Position numbers and translations under genes: made by a program. DNA of 34,200 nt. It comes from a virus (lineage: Duplodnaviria; Heunggongvirae; Uroviricota; Caudoviricetes). The number at the start of each line of letters is the position of its first letter. The first letter of the stretch is position 1. Positions 9,623 to 19,095 of the stretch are shown one piece after another. The notes beneath the pieces were generated by a model. That model did no database searches. It was not told where the DNA came from and saw only the letters and a program-made list of their open reading frames with translations. Location of the stretch: the IMG/VR virus record IMGVR_UViG_3300027692_000003; one strand, 5' to 3'.

Positions 9623-9933
9623 CGTACCGGGCGATGTGCGGCACCCTGCAGGGCCTCCTCGCCCACCAGGGCGCCGGGGAGGACCCATGCGGGTACTGCC
9701 TGCAGGGCGACGCGGCTGCCAGGATCGCCGCTGAGGGCATCCCCGGCCGGCCCGCCAGCCCCGCGCCGCCCCAGGTGCCGCCGGGGCTGGCGGAGGAGAT
9801 CCGGCGCCACCGGGAGGAACTCCTGGCCGCTGTCGGCATGACCGGCGGGCGCCGGGCCAGGGAGGCACGGGATGACCTGGCTGCTCGCCGTGACGCACGG
9901 CGCGGCAGCGATCCGGCGAGGAGGGCCGGGTGA
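9619..9933 (+). CDS. phage hypothetical protein (CGT..H..GE.PC..C motif)
   Basis: GTGA overlap with whiB stop; MCGTLQGLLAHQGAGEDPCGYC. Confidence 0.55.
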   Translation: MTYRAMCGTLQGLLAHQGAGEDPCGYCLQGDAAARIAAEGIPGRPASPAPPQVPPGLAEEIRRHREELLAAVGMTGGRRAREARDDLAARRDARRGSDPARRAG

Positions 9934-10178
9934 TGCCACGCACCACCGATGAGCAGCGTGACTACATGCGGGCCTGGCGTGCCGATCCGCGCAATGCCGC
10001 CGTCAGCAGGTGGCAGTCCCGGACTACGACTGCGGCGATGCGGGAGCTGGCGCGCCGCCGCCGTGCGGAGTTCCAGGCGATCTTGTGGGAGATCCGGCAG
10101 ATGGATCCCCGGCCCTGCGCCGGCGAGGAGGAGGTGACCGGCAGTGCGGCATGGCAACTTGCTGGCTTATTGTCGTGA
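9930..10178 (+). CDS. hypothetical protein
   Basis: Coupled start; QRDYMRAWR basic helix. Confidence 0.55.
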   Translation: MMPRTTDEQRDYMRAWRADPRNAAVSRWQSRTTTAAMRELARRRRAEFQAILWEIRQMDPRPCAGEEEVTGSAAWQLAGLLS

Positions 10179-10203
10179 CAACTACGACAGTAAGCCATAT
10201 GGT
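10171..10203 (+). promoter_or_regulatory. putative sigma70-type promoter with overlapping inverted repeat (operator-like)
   Basis: GTGACA (10175-10180)-17 nt-TATGGT (10198-10203); TGTCGT/ACGACA inverted repeat at 10171-10189; locally AT-rich. Confidence 0.5.
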
Positions 10204-10245
10204 GATGGGTGCCGGCAACGGCGCATGCACCGGATCGGAGACACC

Positions 10246-10512
10246 ATGACAGCCCCCGCTGGACACGCGCCGGCCCTCACCCCGGTGAGGATCACGGGCC
10301 GGTACCCCACCGGGCGGTCCCGCCGTGCCCAGGCATGGGCAGCGGTATCCGCGGACGGCGAATGGGCTTACCGGCGCACCGAGGAACCCGGCACCCCGTG
10401 GGAAGTCCGCCACCAGCCGACCGGTACGTGGTGCGGGTTCTTCCCGTCACTCCCGGCAGCCCGGCGGGCCACCGCCGACGGCACCGCCCTCACCCTGGCG
10501 CCGGCAGCATGA
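10246..10512 (+). CDS. hypothetical protein
   Basis: GGAG RBS before ATG 10246. Confidence 0.55.
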   Translation: MTAPAGHAPALTPVRITGRYPTGRSRRAQAWAAVSADGEWAYRRTEEPGTPWEVRHQPTGTWCGFFPSLPAARRATADGTALTLAPAA

Positions 10513-10703
10513 CCGGGATCACTGCCGGCCTTCTCACCGCCGTGGCGATCGGGGTGTGCGGGTTCTTCTGGCTCCGCCGCCTCCACCGCCTCTACGAGGC
10601 TGAGGCTGACCGGGATGCCAGGCGGGACCGGGAGCACGCAGCCGGCCGGCATCGAGCAGGCGGCTCACCAGGCGGGGACGACGACCGGGAGGCCACCCGA
10701 TGA
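10509..10703 (+). CDS. small membrane protein
   Basis: ATGA coupling; MTGITAGLLTAVAIGVCGFFWLRR hydrophobic helix. Confidence 0.5.
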   Translation: MTGITAGLLTAVAIGVCGFFWLRRLHRLYEAEADRDARRDREHAAGRHRAGGSPGGDDDREATR

Positions 10704-11149
10704 CAGCAGCAGCGGCCCTCGCCGGCACCGCAGGCATGCCGGCCGGCGACGGTGACGTCGCGGCGGAACTGGCTGCCGCCCTGGCCAGGCTTGACGACAT
10801 CGCCCGGTACTGCCACACCGCCCAGGCGAAAGCTCCGGGGAGCGCTATGTGCGGTCCCCACGCCAAGGCGCTCCGCGAGTCCCTGTCAGCAGTCTTCGCG
10901 ATGACCGGCCGGCCCCTCAGGGAAACCGACCCGCTGGAGATGCTCTGGGCACACGGGTGGGGCCATGCCGGGACCAGGGCCTGCAACGGGCTGCTGCGGG
11001 CCGGGAAACGGACCGTCGCGGATGTCGCGGCCCTCACCGGGCTGGACGTCGCCGGCCTGAGGAACCTGGGCACCGGGTCGGTCAGCGAGGTCCGGCGGGT
11101 CCTGAGGCTGGCCGGATTCGACCTGGCAGCAGGCGGTGATACGCCATGA
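10700..11149 (+). CDS. protein with RNA polymerase alpha-subunit CTD-like domain
   Basis: TRACNGLLRAGKRTVADVAALTGLDVAGLRNLGTGSVSEVRRVL fits the alpha-CTD pattern R..N.L....I....DL.......L....NLG.KS..EI. Confidence 0.7.
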   Translation: MTAAAALAGTAGMPAGDGDVAAELAAALARLDDIARYCHTAQAKAPGSAMCGPHAKALRESLSAVFAMTGRPLRETDPLEMLWAHGWGHAGTRACNGLLRAGKRTVADVAALTGLDVAGLRNLGTGSVSEVRRVLRLAGFDLAAGGDTP

Positions 11150-11466
11150 CCGCCACTGCGGTGACCGCCGCGGTCCTGCCCTGGGGCCTGGCGGCCCTGT
11201 GCCGGTACGTCATGACCGGACTGCTAGGCGCCGGGGCCACTCTGGGGTTCTGGCAGTGCCTGACGGCCTCGTCCGCGGGCTGCGCCCTGTACTTCGTCGT
11301 GACCAGGCCGCATCTCATCACCCTGATCTGCGCCGCCGACTTCGCCATAGGCGTGTACTTCTCGCACGGCCGCCGAGGCAGGCGGAAACGTGTCCTGCGG
11401 GAAGCCGGCGCCAGGACGCGTGCCCTGGCCGCGATCGCTGCGGACCTGATCTCGCTGATCGGCTAG
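11146..11466 (+). CDS. membrane protein
   Basis: Hydrophobic segments then basic RRGRRKR tail; ATGA coupling. Confidence 0.55.
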   Translation: MTATAVTAAVLPWGLAALCRYVMTGLLGAGATLGFWQCLTASSAGCALYFVVTRPHLITLICAADFAIGVYFSHGRRGRRKRVLREAGARTRALAAIAADLISLIG

Positions 11467-11481
11467 CACACCACCCTCTGT

Positions 11482-11515
11482 CCCGTCCGCATCCTCATCC
11501 GGGGGTGCGGACGGG
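11482..11515. terminator. GC-rich intergenic hairpin (possible actinobacterial terminator, no U-tract)
   Basis: CCCGTCCGCATCCTC-ATCC-GGGGGTGCGGACGGG. Confidence 0.45.
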
Positions 11516-11549
11516 GCGGGACCAGACCAGATCACCGAGGAGAGAGCAC

Positions 11550-12110
11550 GTGAAGATCAAGTTCGTCACCCGGGGTGCAGGCGAGATCACCCCCGACGCC
11601 GAGTCTGAGGAGCCCGCCATCCGTACGGCTATCGAGACCGGCGACAGCAGGCACATCCGCTCCGAGATCATGGATTACGCCGAGGGCCGGGACTCCGAGC
11701 CTGAGGAGTACCTGACTGTCACCGAGGATGACGGGGCGGTGCTGTGGTCGGGGTGGCTGTCGCAGCACCTGGACGCCCAGCCCGCGCCGGCTGGCGGCGA
11801 CCCTGCTGACGCCCTGCTGGCCCTCCCACTGCCGGAAGGTGCCTCCGCCGGGCCGACAGTCAGGGGCTACCTCGTCGCGCTCCTGGCGGCCCTGTGGGCG
11901 GGGACAGCGGACGCCAAGTACGGGCTCAGCGGCAACTCCGACTGGCAGTTCGAGCTGTACGAGCCGGCGCTGAAGGCAGGCTTCGCCGGCGGGCTCACCG
12001 ATGAGGAATGGAAGCGGCTCGGTGACGGGTACGGAATCCCGGCGGCCAAGGAGATGGCGCTGGACGCCCTCATTGCTGCTGCGATTGAGCGTCTGGGGCA
12101 GCCGTCATGA
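11550..12110 (+). CDS. phage hypothetical protein
   Basis: GAGGAG RBS, GTG 11550; C-terminal domain paralogous to 14869..15615. Confidence 0.65.
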   Translation: MKIKFVTRGAGEITPDAESEEPAIRTAIETGDSRHIRSEIMDYAEGRDSEPEEYLTVTEDDGAVLWSGWLSQHLDAQPAPAGGDPADALLALPLPEGASAGPTVRGYLVALLAALWAGTADAKYGLSGNSDWQFELYEPALKAGFAGGLTDEEWKRLGDGYGIPAAKEMALDALIAAAIERLGQPS

Positions 12111-12532
12111 CCGGGGTATCACCGGGCCGCGCCGCCTACGAGTCGGGCGGACTGGGGCCGAATGACGCTCCGTGGGAATCTCTCACCGACAGGGACAGGC
12201 AGGTCTGGGACGACGCTGCGGATGCTGCCTGCAACGCCGATCCGCGCTGGCCCCGCTGCCCTGACGGGTGCGGCTGCCGTATCGGCACCGATGACGCCGA
12301 CTCCCGCGACTGCGGCTGTGACGGCCCGTGCACTGCGGAATGCCGGGAGAACGGCTACCCGGACGCCTTGTCGTACAGGGATGCGGCAGTCAAGCACGCG
12401 ATGGACGAGCGCGACGAAGCCCGCTTCGTCGTCGCCGAGATGTGCAACCACTGGGAGCGCATAGGGACCACCCGCGAAGAGGACGAGCTGATCCCGGTGT
12501 GGCGTGAGCGTGCCGGGCTGGTGACCCCGTGA
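12107..12532 (+). CDS. hypothetical protein (Cys-rich)
   Basis: ATGA coupling; CPDGCGC...CGCDGPC. Confidence 0.6.
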   Translation: MTGVSPGRAAYESGGLGPNDAPWESLTDRDRQVWDDAADAACNADPRWPRCPDGCGCRIGTDDADSRDCGCDGPCTAECRENGYPDALSYRDAAVKHAMDERDEARFVVAEMCNHWERIGTTREEDELIPVWRERAGLVTP

Positions 12533-13275
12533 CCGCCCCCGCCGTCCCCTCAGGGACCACCGCGGATCCGCTGGCCCGGCTGGAAGAGATCCGGCACCGG
12601 GCAGAAGCGGCGAAGCCGGGCCCGTGGCGCTGGCGCGGGAATACCGACAACGGCGACCCGTACCTTACGAGCTGCGGCCAGGTAACCGACAAGGACGGCA
12701 ACAGCCACCACGCCGGGGACGTCCTCGGTCACATCCCGCACGAGATCACGCGGGACGAGGCCCGGCAGTACGCGAGCACGGACTTCCTGCCTGAACCGGA
12801 GGTCCCGGCCGAGCCGGCCGCCACCTACAGCCAGCGTTACGACGAGGCGGCGCAAGCCCAGCTTGAGGCCGAGATCGACCGCCACGTCACGGACAAGTGG
12901 GGTGAGCCCGAGAAGGAGCCCCGCCTGGCTTTCTGCACTGACTGGATCTACACGGAAGCCCGCGAGCTGGCGGTGTTCGAGGTCGCGCCGAAAGCAGCAA
13001 CCCGCAGCGACCCGAGCGTGTACCGGGCTGACATCACCGGTATCCGCCACCCTGATGCCGAGTTCATCGCCCATTCCCGCGAGGACATCGGGCGCCTGCT
13101 GGCCATGGCCGACGCCCTGCTGAAGCTTGCCGGCGAGCTTGACCGTCCTGCCTCAGACCTGCGGGACCCGAACCCCATCGCGGCCATGGAGGCAATGGCG
13201 TTGAAGCACGCCGCTGCCCGCATCCGCAATCTCATCGCTGCTGCTCTTTCTGGTGAGGGGGTGCCCTCATCGTGA
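12529..13275 (+). CDS. phage protein, Ead/Ea22-like
   Basis: LEEIRHRAEAAKPGPW ... DAEFIAHSREDIGRLL framing motifs. Confidence 0.6.
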   Translation: MTAPAVPSGTTADPLARLEEIRHRAEAAKPGPWRWRGNTDNGDPYLTSCGQVTDKDGNSHHAGDVLGHIPHEITRDEARQYASTDFLPEPEVPAEPAATYSQRYDEAAQAQLEAEIDRHVTDKWGEPEKEPRLAFCTDWIYTEARELAVFEVAPKAATRSDPSVYRADITGIRHPDAEFIAHSREDIGRLLAMADALLKLAGELDRPASDLRDPNPIAAMEAMALKHAAARIRNLIAAALSGEGVPSS

Positions 13276-13778
13276 GCACCGCAGAACGGGGCGCCCGCGA
13301 GCCGGGATGCTGCGATGAGCCGGACTGCCGCCGCCGCTACCCGATCGGCATCTACCTGGCTGACTTCAGCGACCGGGTGTTCGCTGCCACTACCCGCCGT
13401 GTCGTCCGCGAGCGGGGGGACGGGACTGCGACGTTCGCAGCGACCGGGCGGCACGACGTAACCCGGCAGGTGCGCGAGTTCATCTCCAGAAACCCTGACT
13501 GGGTTGGTGCCGTGCTAGACGGCTCCGCGGATCCAGTGGCCCGGCTCCGTCTCATCGCCGATCAGGACATCGGCGGTAACGCACCCTGGCTGGCTGACCG
13601 GCTCCACGCACTCGCTGACGACCTCTACGCAGAGATGGGCGGCGAACCGCGAGCCCCACTCTCGGTTGCCATCACCTACGACCTGCCGCCGCTGTCTCCA
13701 GAGAGGTTGCCAGCACCGAAGTTCGATGAGAACTGGCCGAACCGGGACGGCCAAGAGCGCACCGAGGAGGGGCAGTGA
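13272..13778 (+). CDS. hypothetical protein
   Basis: GTGA coupling both sides. Confidence 0.55.
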   Translation: MSTAERGAREPGCCDEPDCRRRYPIGIYLADFSDRVFAATTRRVVRERGDGTATFAATGRHDVTRQVREFISRNPDWVGAVLDGSADPVARLRLIADQDIGGNAPWLADRLHALADDLYAEMGGEPRAPLSVAITYDLPPLSPERLPAPKFDENWPNRDGQERTEEGQ

Positions 13779-14077
13779 GCACGACAACTGAGCCGCAGGC
13801 CAGCCGGAAGGTCGGCCGGACGGTCCCGTTCCTCAAGACCGTTGATGTCGACGTGGAGGTCAATGCTGGTGATCTCCACGGTGCCGGCTGGCATCACGAG
13901 AACGAGTGCCCGGCAGGACCGTCCCCGTCCGGGGTGAGCCAGTGCCAGGGCTGCGTGCAGCTGAGTACGGCGCTGGCGGTCCTGCGCCGGCAGGCTCACG
14001 GCTCCTCGCCGATCATCGTATGCCGCGCCGAGCCGTGCGCGTCGCTGTCCTTCGACCAGCTCAGGGACGCACTATGA
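13775..14077 (+). CDS. hypothetical protein
   Basis: GAGG RBS, GTGA coupling. Confidence 0.55.
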   Translation: MSTTTEPQASRKVGRTVPFLKTVDVDVEVNAGDLHGAGWHHENECPAGPSPSGVSQCQGCVQLSTALAVLRRQAHGSSPIIVCRAEPCASLSFDQLRDAL

Positions 14078-14463
14078 CCATCCGCCAGCTTGAGGCGCCC
14101 TGCTGGTCCGTCCCCGGCCTGGACGACGAGCGCAACCCGCACTTCGAGAACGAGGCCGCAGCGGTCAAGGCGGCCCGCGCCGAGGGCTGCGCCGCCGCAT
14201 ACGTCCACCGGTGCGCTGCCCGCTGCTGGGTCATCGAGTGCGACGGGCAGGGCGGCCTGTTCCTCGATGAGGAGGACGAGGGCTGGATCTACCACTGCAA
14301 GTCCCGCGCCGAGGCCGAGGAGACGATGCGGGCGTGCAAGTGGGTGCAGGCCGGTGACCTGGTGTACTGCGCTGGCGACGCGCCCGAGGATGCCACCCTC
14401 CCGCCACCTGGTGCCGCTGAGCTTGAGGCGGCCGGGCAGCTGTTGCTCCGGGACGGCTCGTGA
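14074..14463 (+). CDS. hypothetical protein
   Basis: ATGA coupling at 14074. Confidence 0.55.
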   Translation: MTIRQLEAPCWSVPGLDDERNPHFENEAAAVKAARAEGCAAAYVHRCAARCWVIECDGQGGLFLDEEDEGWIYHCKSRAEAEETMRACKWVQAGDLVYCAGDAPEDATLPPPGAAELEAAGQLLLRDGS

Positions 14464-14584
14464 GCCCCCATAAGTTCCGCGCCCACCACACCGGTTTTGA
14501 CTCCTGCCGGAACTGCGGCATGCGTGCCTGTCACCGGGGTCATCAGCCCCGGTGGCGGCGGTTCACCCACAGGAGGTCAATGAG

Positions 14585-14872
14585 ATGAGCATCGAGGACA
14601 CTGCACCCGCCCGCGAGCTGAAATGCGGCGACCTCAAGAGTGGCGGCGTAGACCTCCGCTGCTCCCTGCCCGAGGGCCATGCCGACGGCTACGAGCCGGA
14701 CAGCGGCGGCGAAGCGTACTGGCACGAGGGGATCGTCACCGACCACCGGGAGATTACGTACGGTGGCGCACGCCACGTAGTGGACACTACCGAGACGGTC
14801 ACCTGGGAGCCCGTCGACCACATTGCCGAGGCGACCAGGCACCTGATGGCGGCATGGAGGCGAGACAAGTGA
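14585..14872 (+). CDS. hypothetical protein
   Basis: AGGAGG RBS; C..LPEGH motif. Confidence 0.55.
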   Translation: MSIEDTAPARELKCGDLKSGGVDLRCSLPEGHADGYEPDSGGEAYWHEGIVTDHREITYGGARHVVDTTETVTWEPVDHIAEATRHLMAAWRRDK

Positions 14873-15615
14873 GCAGCGACGGCACTATCACCGAGCAGGA
14901 GCTGGCCGGAGCGATCGGCGCCCTGATCGCCCGCTCGGGAATCATGCACCCGTCCGAGGCTATGTGGGTTCCCGGCGAGCCGGTCAAGGCGGCAGCGAGC
15001 CTTTTCGCGCTGGTCCGGGAGTCGGAGTACGAGCCGGGCGAGATCTACCAGGACCCCACGGGCCGTGCATGGTGCCGCATGCGGCGAGATGACGGCGGCG
15101 AGGCTAGCTGGCGCTGCTGCGAGAGCGGCACCCTCTACAGCGACCGCTACCCGCCGAAGCCGCTCCGCAAGCTGATACCGGAACCGCTGCCGGCCGCGCG
15201 GGTGGAGGCACGACAGCAGTACGTCCCCCTGTCGCCCGGCACGGCCAGGGCGTGCGAGGCGCTCATCACCGGCGAGCAGTACGCCGCCGGGCTGCCGGAC
15301 CCATCCCCGGCGGATGGTGCCGCAGCGCGCCTGCTCGCACTCCCGCTGCCCGGGAACCGCGCCGGGGCCTTGGACGTGCGCAGGTACCTCGCAGCGATCC
15401 TGACGGGCGTGTGGCGTGATCCGAGCGGCTTCTTCTGCGGTGCGGAGCCTTTCCCGGGCGAGGAGGACTGGCAGGCCGTGATCTACGTGGCGATGATCCG
15501 GGCCGGGCTGGTAGCGGGCACCGTCACCGATGACGGAGTCCTCGTGACCATCGACCGCAACCCCGCGGGCAACCTGATCGCCGCTGCTATCGCGCAGATG
15601 GGGGTTACCCGGTGA
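14869..15615 (+). CDS. phage hypothetical protein
   Basis: GGAGG RBS, GTGA coupling; C-terminal domain paralogous to 11550..12110. Confidence 0.6.
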   Translation: MSSDGTITEQELAGAIGALIARSGIMHPSEAMWVPGEPVKAAASLFALVRESEYEPGEIYQDPTGRAWCRMRRDDGGEASWRCCESGTLYSDRYPPKPLRKLIPEPLPAARVEARQQYVPLSPGTARACEALITGEQYAAGLPDPSPADGAAARLLALPLPGNRAGALDVRRYLAAILTGVWRDPSGFFCGAEPFPGEEDWQAVIYVAMIRAGLVAGTVTDDGVLVTIDRNPAGNLIAAAIAQMGVTR

Positions 15616-15878
15616 CCGCGCTGCCCGAGGATTACACGCCGCCTCCTCGCAGCATCCTGTCCGTGAAGCCTTACCAGGATGAGCACGGCCCGGGCTTCGA
15701 GGTGCTCTGCGATTGCGGCACCACGACCTGCGTGGTCGTGGAGGATGCCCACCTGCTCACCGAGGCCAGGGAACTCGCTTTCACCTGCGGCGGGTGCAGC
15801 AGTGTCACCTGGTTCACAGCCGGGCCGGCGGCGGACCAGGACCCGGGAAGCCCTGCGATACCGGCGAGGGGAATGTGA
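15612..15878 (+). CDS. small zinc-ribbon-like protein
   Basis: LCDCG ... FTCGGC. Confidence 0.55.
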   Translation: MTALPEDYTPPPRSILSVKPYQDEHGPGFEVLCDCGTTTCVVVEDAHLLTEARELAFTCGGCSSVTWFTAGPAADQDPGSPAIPARGM

Positions 15879-15879
15879 C

Positions 15880-16441
15880 GTGGGCAAGCTCCATGACCAG
15901 GTAGCGGATGTGCTAGCGGCTGACCTCGCCGGGCGCACCGCATGGGACGAGGCTCCCGGCCTCTACTTCCTTTACATACGCGGGGGGGGGGGCGGTCATC
16001 CGCCAGCTGGATCTTCCGTCCGCGATCTGGGCGACGGGGCCGCCCTCGCATGTGCTGGAGGCGATGGCGGAGCATGCAGGCACATTCTCGGGGCTCCTCA
16101 CCGGCCTGGCACCGGCGGAACTCCACGGTGCCGGCTTCCGGTGCGAGTCCTGGCTGGTGGAAGACGGGGCGCCCGGCACTGCCCGGCGAAGCGAGGTCAT
16201 GGCCGACGCCATGGCCCGCCGGATCCGGCTGCGGCCGGACCGGGTCGAAGCCCGGACCTTCATGGCTGTCGACCGGGCCGGGGTCACCTACATGGCGACC
16301 CTGGAACGAGGGGAGTCCGAGGTACACCGCTCGGTCACCTTCCCGGGTGCAGGGAAGCGGCCGCAGGGCACAATCCCCAGCGCCCTGGACCAGCTCGTCA
16401 CCGCCACCCTCGGCGTCACCATCCCGCAGAGGAAAGGCTGA
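15880..16441 (+). pseudogene. hypothetical gene frameshifted at a G11 tract
   Basis: GTG 15880 frame reads GKLHDQV...YFLYIR, then G11 (15982-15992); removing one G joins it to AVIRQLDLP...LEAMAEHA of ORF 16052..16441. Confidence 0.6.
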
Positions 16442-16445
16442 CCTG

Positions 16446-16877
16446 ATGCCTCGTACTAAGCCGGCCGTCTCACTGGTCCTCCAGGGTGAGGAAGGCGCGA
16501 TCCTGATGGTCCGGGCCGTAACCCGGGAGGACGCTGCCGAGATCGCGCACGGTGAAGCAGCAGGCGATGACTATGTTGTCGCGGACCCCGGTTCGGTGGC
16601 CCTCACCTGGATCCGCGCCGTCCCCTGCGTACCGAAGTCCAGGGGCGGTCACGAGCCAGGCGGGGCATGGTGCGAAGGCGGCGGACGCTGCCACTACGTG
16701 CCGTGGCCGGAGCACGGTCCCGGAGCATTCCGGGGCGCGTTCATCGACATCATTCCCGCTGACCTCCTAGAGGACGGTGACCCCCGCGAAGCCCGGTACC
16801 TGGCGGAGTGCGCCGAGATGGAACGCCGGGCCTGCCCGGCGCCCGGAAAAGGAGAACCGACCCATGACAGTGCATGA
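16446..16877 (+). CDS. hypothetical protein
   Basis: ATG 16446 just after upstream stop. Confidence 0.55.
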   Translation: MPRTKPAVSLVLQGEEGAILMVRAVTREDAAEIAHGEAAGDDYVVADPGSVALTWIRAVPCVPKSRGGHEPGGAWCEGGGRCHYVPWPEHGPGAFRGAFIDIIPADLLEDGDPREARYLAECAEMERRACPAPGKGEPTHDSA

Positions 16878-17403
16878 TGACCGCTGCGAGGTGCCCGAGG
16901 CGGATGACAGGCTCACGGCGCAGCTGGAGCAGGACAACCACGACATCACCGCCTTGTCTGCGGTGATCGCCGGGCACTCGGGCGAGATACCTGAGGTGAT
17001 GTTCGCCGCCGGGAAGCTCGCAGGTATCGCCGACCGTCGCAGGGATGCGATCATGGCGGTCCTCGCCCTCCACCCCTGGCAGGGCTGCGCCACCTATCTT
17101 GCGGTCGCCGGAGTCCTGCTCGGTGACGATCTGCCAGTACCTGGCGGGGACCCAGCCATTGCCCAGGCCATCAGCGACGACGGTTGTGAGGCCGGCCCGG
17201 CCATGCACCTGTTCAGCAAGCTCGTCACTGCCCGGCTGTGTCTCCAGCGGATTGTGTGCACGTGCGGATGGCGTTCTAAGGCGCGCTGGAACTCTGACCG
17301 GGCTGCTGATGACCTGATCCGGCATATGGCGGATGCGGGTACCGAGATGACCGGGGAATCCGCGGTGATCCCAGACCATCAGCGAGGAGAGGAGCCGCAA
17401 TGA
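16864..17403 (+). CDS. hypothetical protein
   Basis: AGGAG RBS, ATG 16864; C-terminal CTCGW..H. Confidence 0.5.
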   Translation: MTVHDDRCEVPEADDRLTAQLEQDNHDITALSAVIAGHSGEIPEVMFAAGKLAGIADRRRDAIMAVLALHPWQGCATYLAVAGVLLGDDLPVPGGDPAIAQAISDDGCEAGPAMHLFSKLVTARLCLQRIVCTCGWRSKARWNSDRAADDLIRHMADAGTEMTGESAVIPDHQRGEEPQ

Positions 17404-17657
17404 GCGGGATCACTGCCAGGACAGAGCTGTGCCGCCCGGAGTTCGACCGCGCCTGGCGCAACAAGCTGACCGGGACGGTCATGTCGATCGTCGACCTGGC
17501 CCCCCATGACGCGCACCTCACCTTCAACAGCGCGGCCGTTGCCCGTGCGGTTGCAGCGGAGTGCATCAAGGCAGCCGAGGCGATGGAGCGGCTTGAAGCC
17601 GAAGGCGGTCCGCATGCTAGGGAATGCATCACCGAGGAGGGGACCGGCGATGGCTAG
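17400..17657 (+). CDS. hypothetical protein
   Basis: GAGGAG RBS, ATGA coupling. Confidence 0.55.
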   Translation: MSGITARTELCRPEFDRAWRNKLTGTVMSIVDLAPHDAHLTFNSAAVARAVAAECIKAAEAMERLEAEGGPHARECITEEGTGDG

Positions 17658-18072
17658 GCACCCGAACGACGCCCATCTCTGGGCGCAGCTCTGCAACGAG
17701 TTCCACGCCGCCGGCGCGGAGCCTGAGGCCCGGCAGCGTCACGCCCGCCGTGCGGTCGCCATCGTCCGCCGCGAGCGGGCCCGCGGCGGTGCCCGGACGT
17801 TCGGCCCCGGTGACGAGATCCCCTGCGACGTCTCCCGCGCCTATGACCTTGACGGCGACACATGGGAACGCCTGCCGGCCGATCCGGGCAGCACCGCGAA
17901 GGACATGTGGCGCATGCCCGGGTTCAGCCCCGCCGAGCACGAGAGCGCCGCGCGAGGCTGCTACGTCACTCCGCACCTGCTGGACGAGTACGGGCCGCTC
18001 ACCGAGATCCCAGCGCGGAAGAGGGCCACCAGATCACCGGCAGTACCTGCCTCGAGCGCGGCCAGCCGGTGA
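17650..18072 (+). CDS. phage hypothetical protein
   Basis: GGAGG RBS; DLDGDTW...LLDEYGPLTE motif typical of actinophage small proteins. Confidence 0.6.
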   Translation: MARHPNDAHLWAQLCNEFHAAGAEPEARQRHARRAVAIVRRERARGGARTFGPGDEIPCDVSRAYDLDGDTWERLPADPGSTAKDMWRMPGFSPAEHESAARGCYVTPHLLDEYGPLTEIPARKRATRSPAVPASSAASR

Positions 18073-18224
18073 CCATGGAAGGGATCGAGTGGGGCCGCTC
18101 CGACGCGTTCCTGGACGAGATCCCCGGCGCGTACAAGCCAGTGGAGCAGGTGATGGCGGACGCGGCGGACCTGGTGGAAATCAGGCACACGCTCCGGCAG
18201 ATCGTGAACGTCAAGGGTGACTAG
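18069..18224 (+). pseudogene. rtcB: C-terminal fragment of RtcB RNA ligase
   Basis: FLDEIPGAYKPVEQVMADAADLVEIRHTLRQIVNVKG matches the RtcB C-terminus (DE.P.AYK...VM....LV....L.Q...VKG); only about 50 aa present. Confidence 0.8.
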
Positions 18225-19095
18225 GCACCGCGGGGCGCACCGGTCCCCGGGGGTTCCGGTGCCGGGCACCGTCAGGGCCACGGCGATCCTGGCGGACGGC
18301 ATCGCGGCGGGGGACGTCAGCGGTGCCCTCGCCGAGCTCGCCCGGACGGCCCTGGAACAGTGCTTCCCGGAGCTCGCCGTCCTGCATGGTGTCCGCCAGG
18401 ATCCCCGGTGGCATCCTGAAGGGGACGTGTGGGTCCACTCGGGGCTTGCCGCCGATCAGGCGGCCCGCCTCGCGGCGGAGGCGGGGCTGGGCGGATGGGA
18501 TCAGGCGACGGTGGTCCTGGCTGCCCTCGTGCACGACTTCGGGAAAGCCGCCTCAACCCAGCGGGACGGCCGGGCATGGCGGCTGGCCCGGATCGTGCTG
18601 CGGCAGGACCGGTTCCGGATTACCTCCCATGGTCATGCCGGAGCCGGCACCGGCCCGGCCGCGGTGTTCCTGGACCGGATCGGCTGCCCGCCGCCTGTCA
18701 CCGGGCAGGTGATCCCGCTGGTCCGTGAGCACATGGCCTGTATCCAGCCCCCGACCAGGCATGCCGTCGCCCGGCTGGCCCGCAGGCTGGCCCCGGCGGC
18801 ACTGGAGCAGTGGGCCATCATGTGCGGCGCCGACCACGCAGGCCGCGGCGACCCGGACGCGCCGAACCCGGCCACGGCATGGCTGGCCCTCGCCAGCAGC
18901 TCTCCGCCAGCCGCGCCCGCAGTACGGGGGATCCTGACCGGTGACCACCTCATCGCCGCCGGCATGACCCCCGGTCCCGGGTTCCGGACGATCCTGGACG
19001 GCGCCGTGGCCGCCGAGCATGACGAGCTGTTCACCGACGAGGAAGGAGCCATCCGGTGGCTGAAGTATCGGCTGGGCCAGCAGGACCAGGCGTGA
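18217..19095 (+). CDS. HD-domain protein resembling the C-terminal half of CCA-adding enzyme
   Basis: FPEL, QDPRWHPEGDVWVH, ALVHDFGK, GH...G, LVREHM, ILTGDHLIAAGMTPGPGF; no N-terminal polymerase head. Confidence 0.8.
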   Translation: MTRHRGAHRSPGVPVPGTVRATAILADGIAAGDVSGALAELARTALEQCFPELAVLHGVRQDPRWHPEGDVWVHSGLAADQAARLAAEAGLGGWDQATVVLAALVHDFGKAASTQRDGRAWRLARIVLRQDRFRITSHGHAGAGTGPAAVFLDRIGCPPPVTGQVIPLVREHMACIQPPTRHAVARLARRLAPAALEQWAIMCGADHAGRGDPDAPNPATAWLALASSSPPAAPAVRGILTGDHLIAAGMTPGPGFRTILDGAVAAEHDELFTDEEGAIRWLKYRLGQQDQA

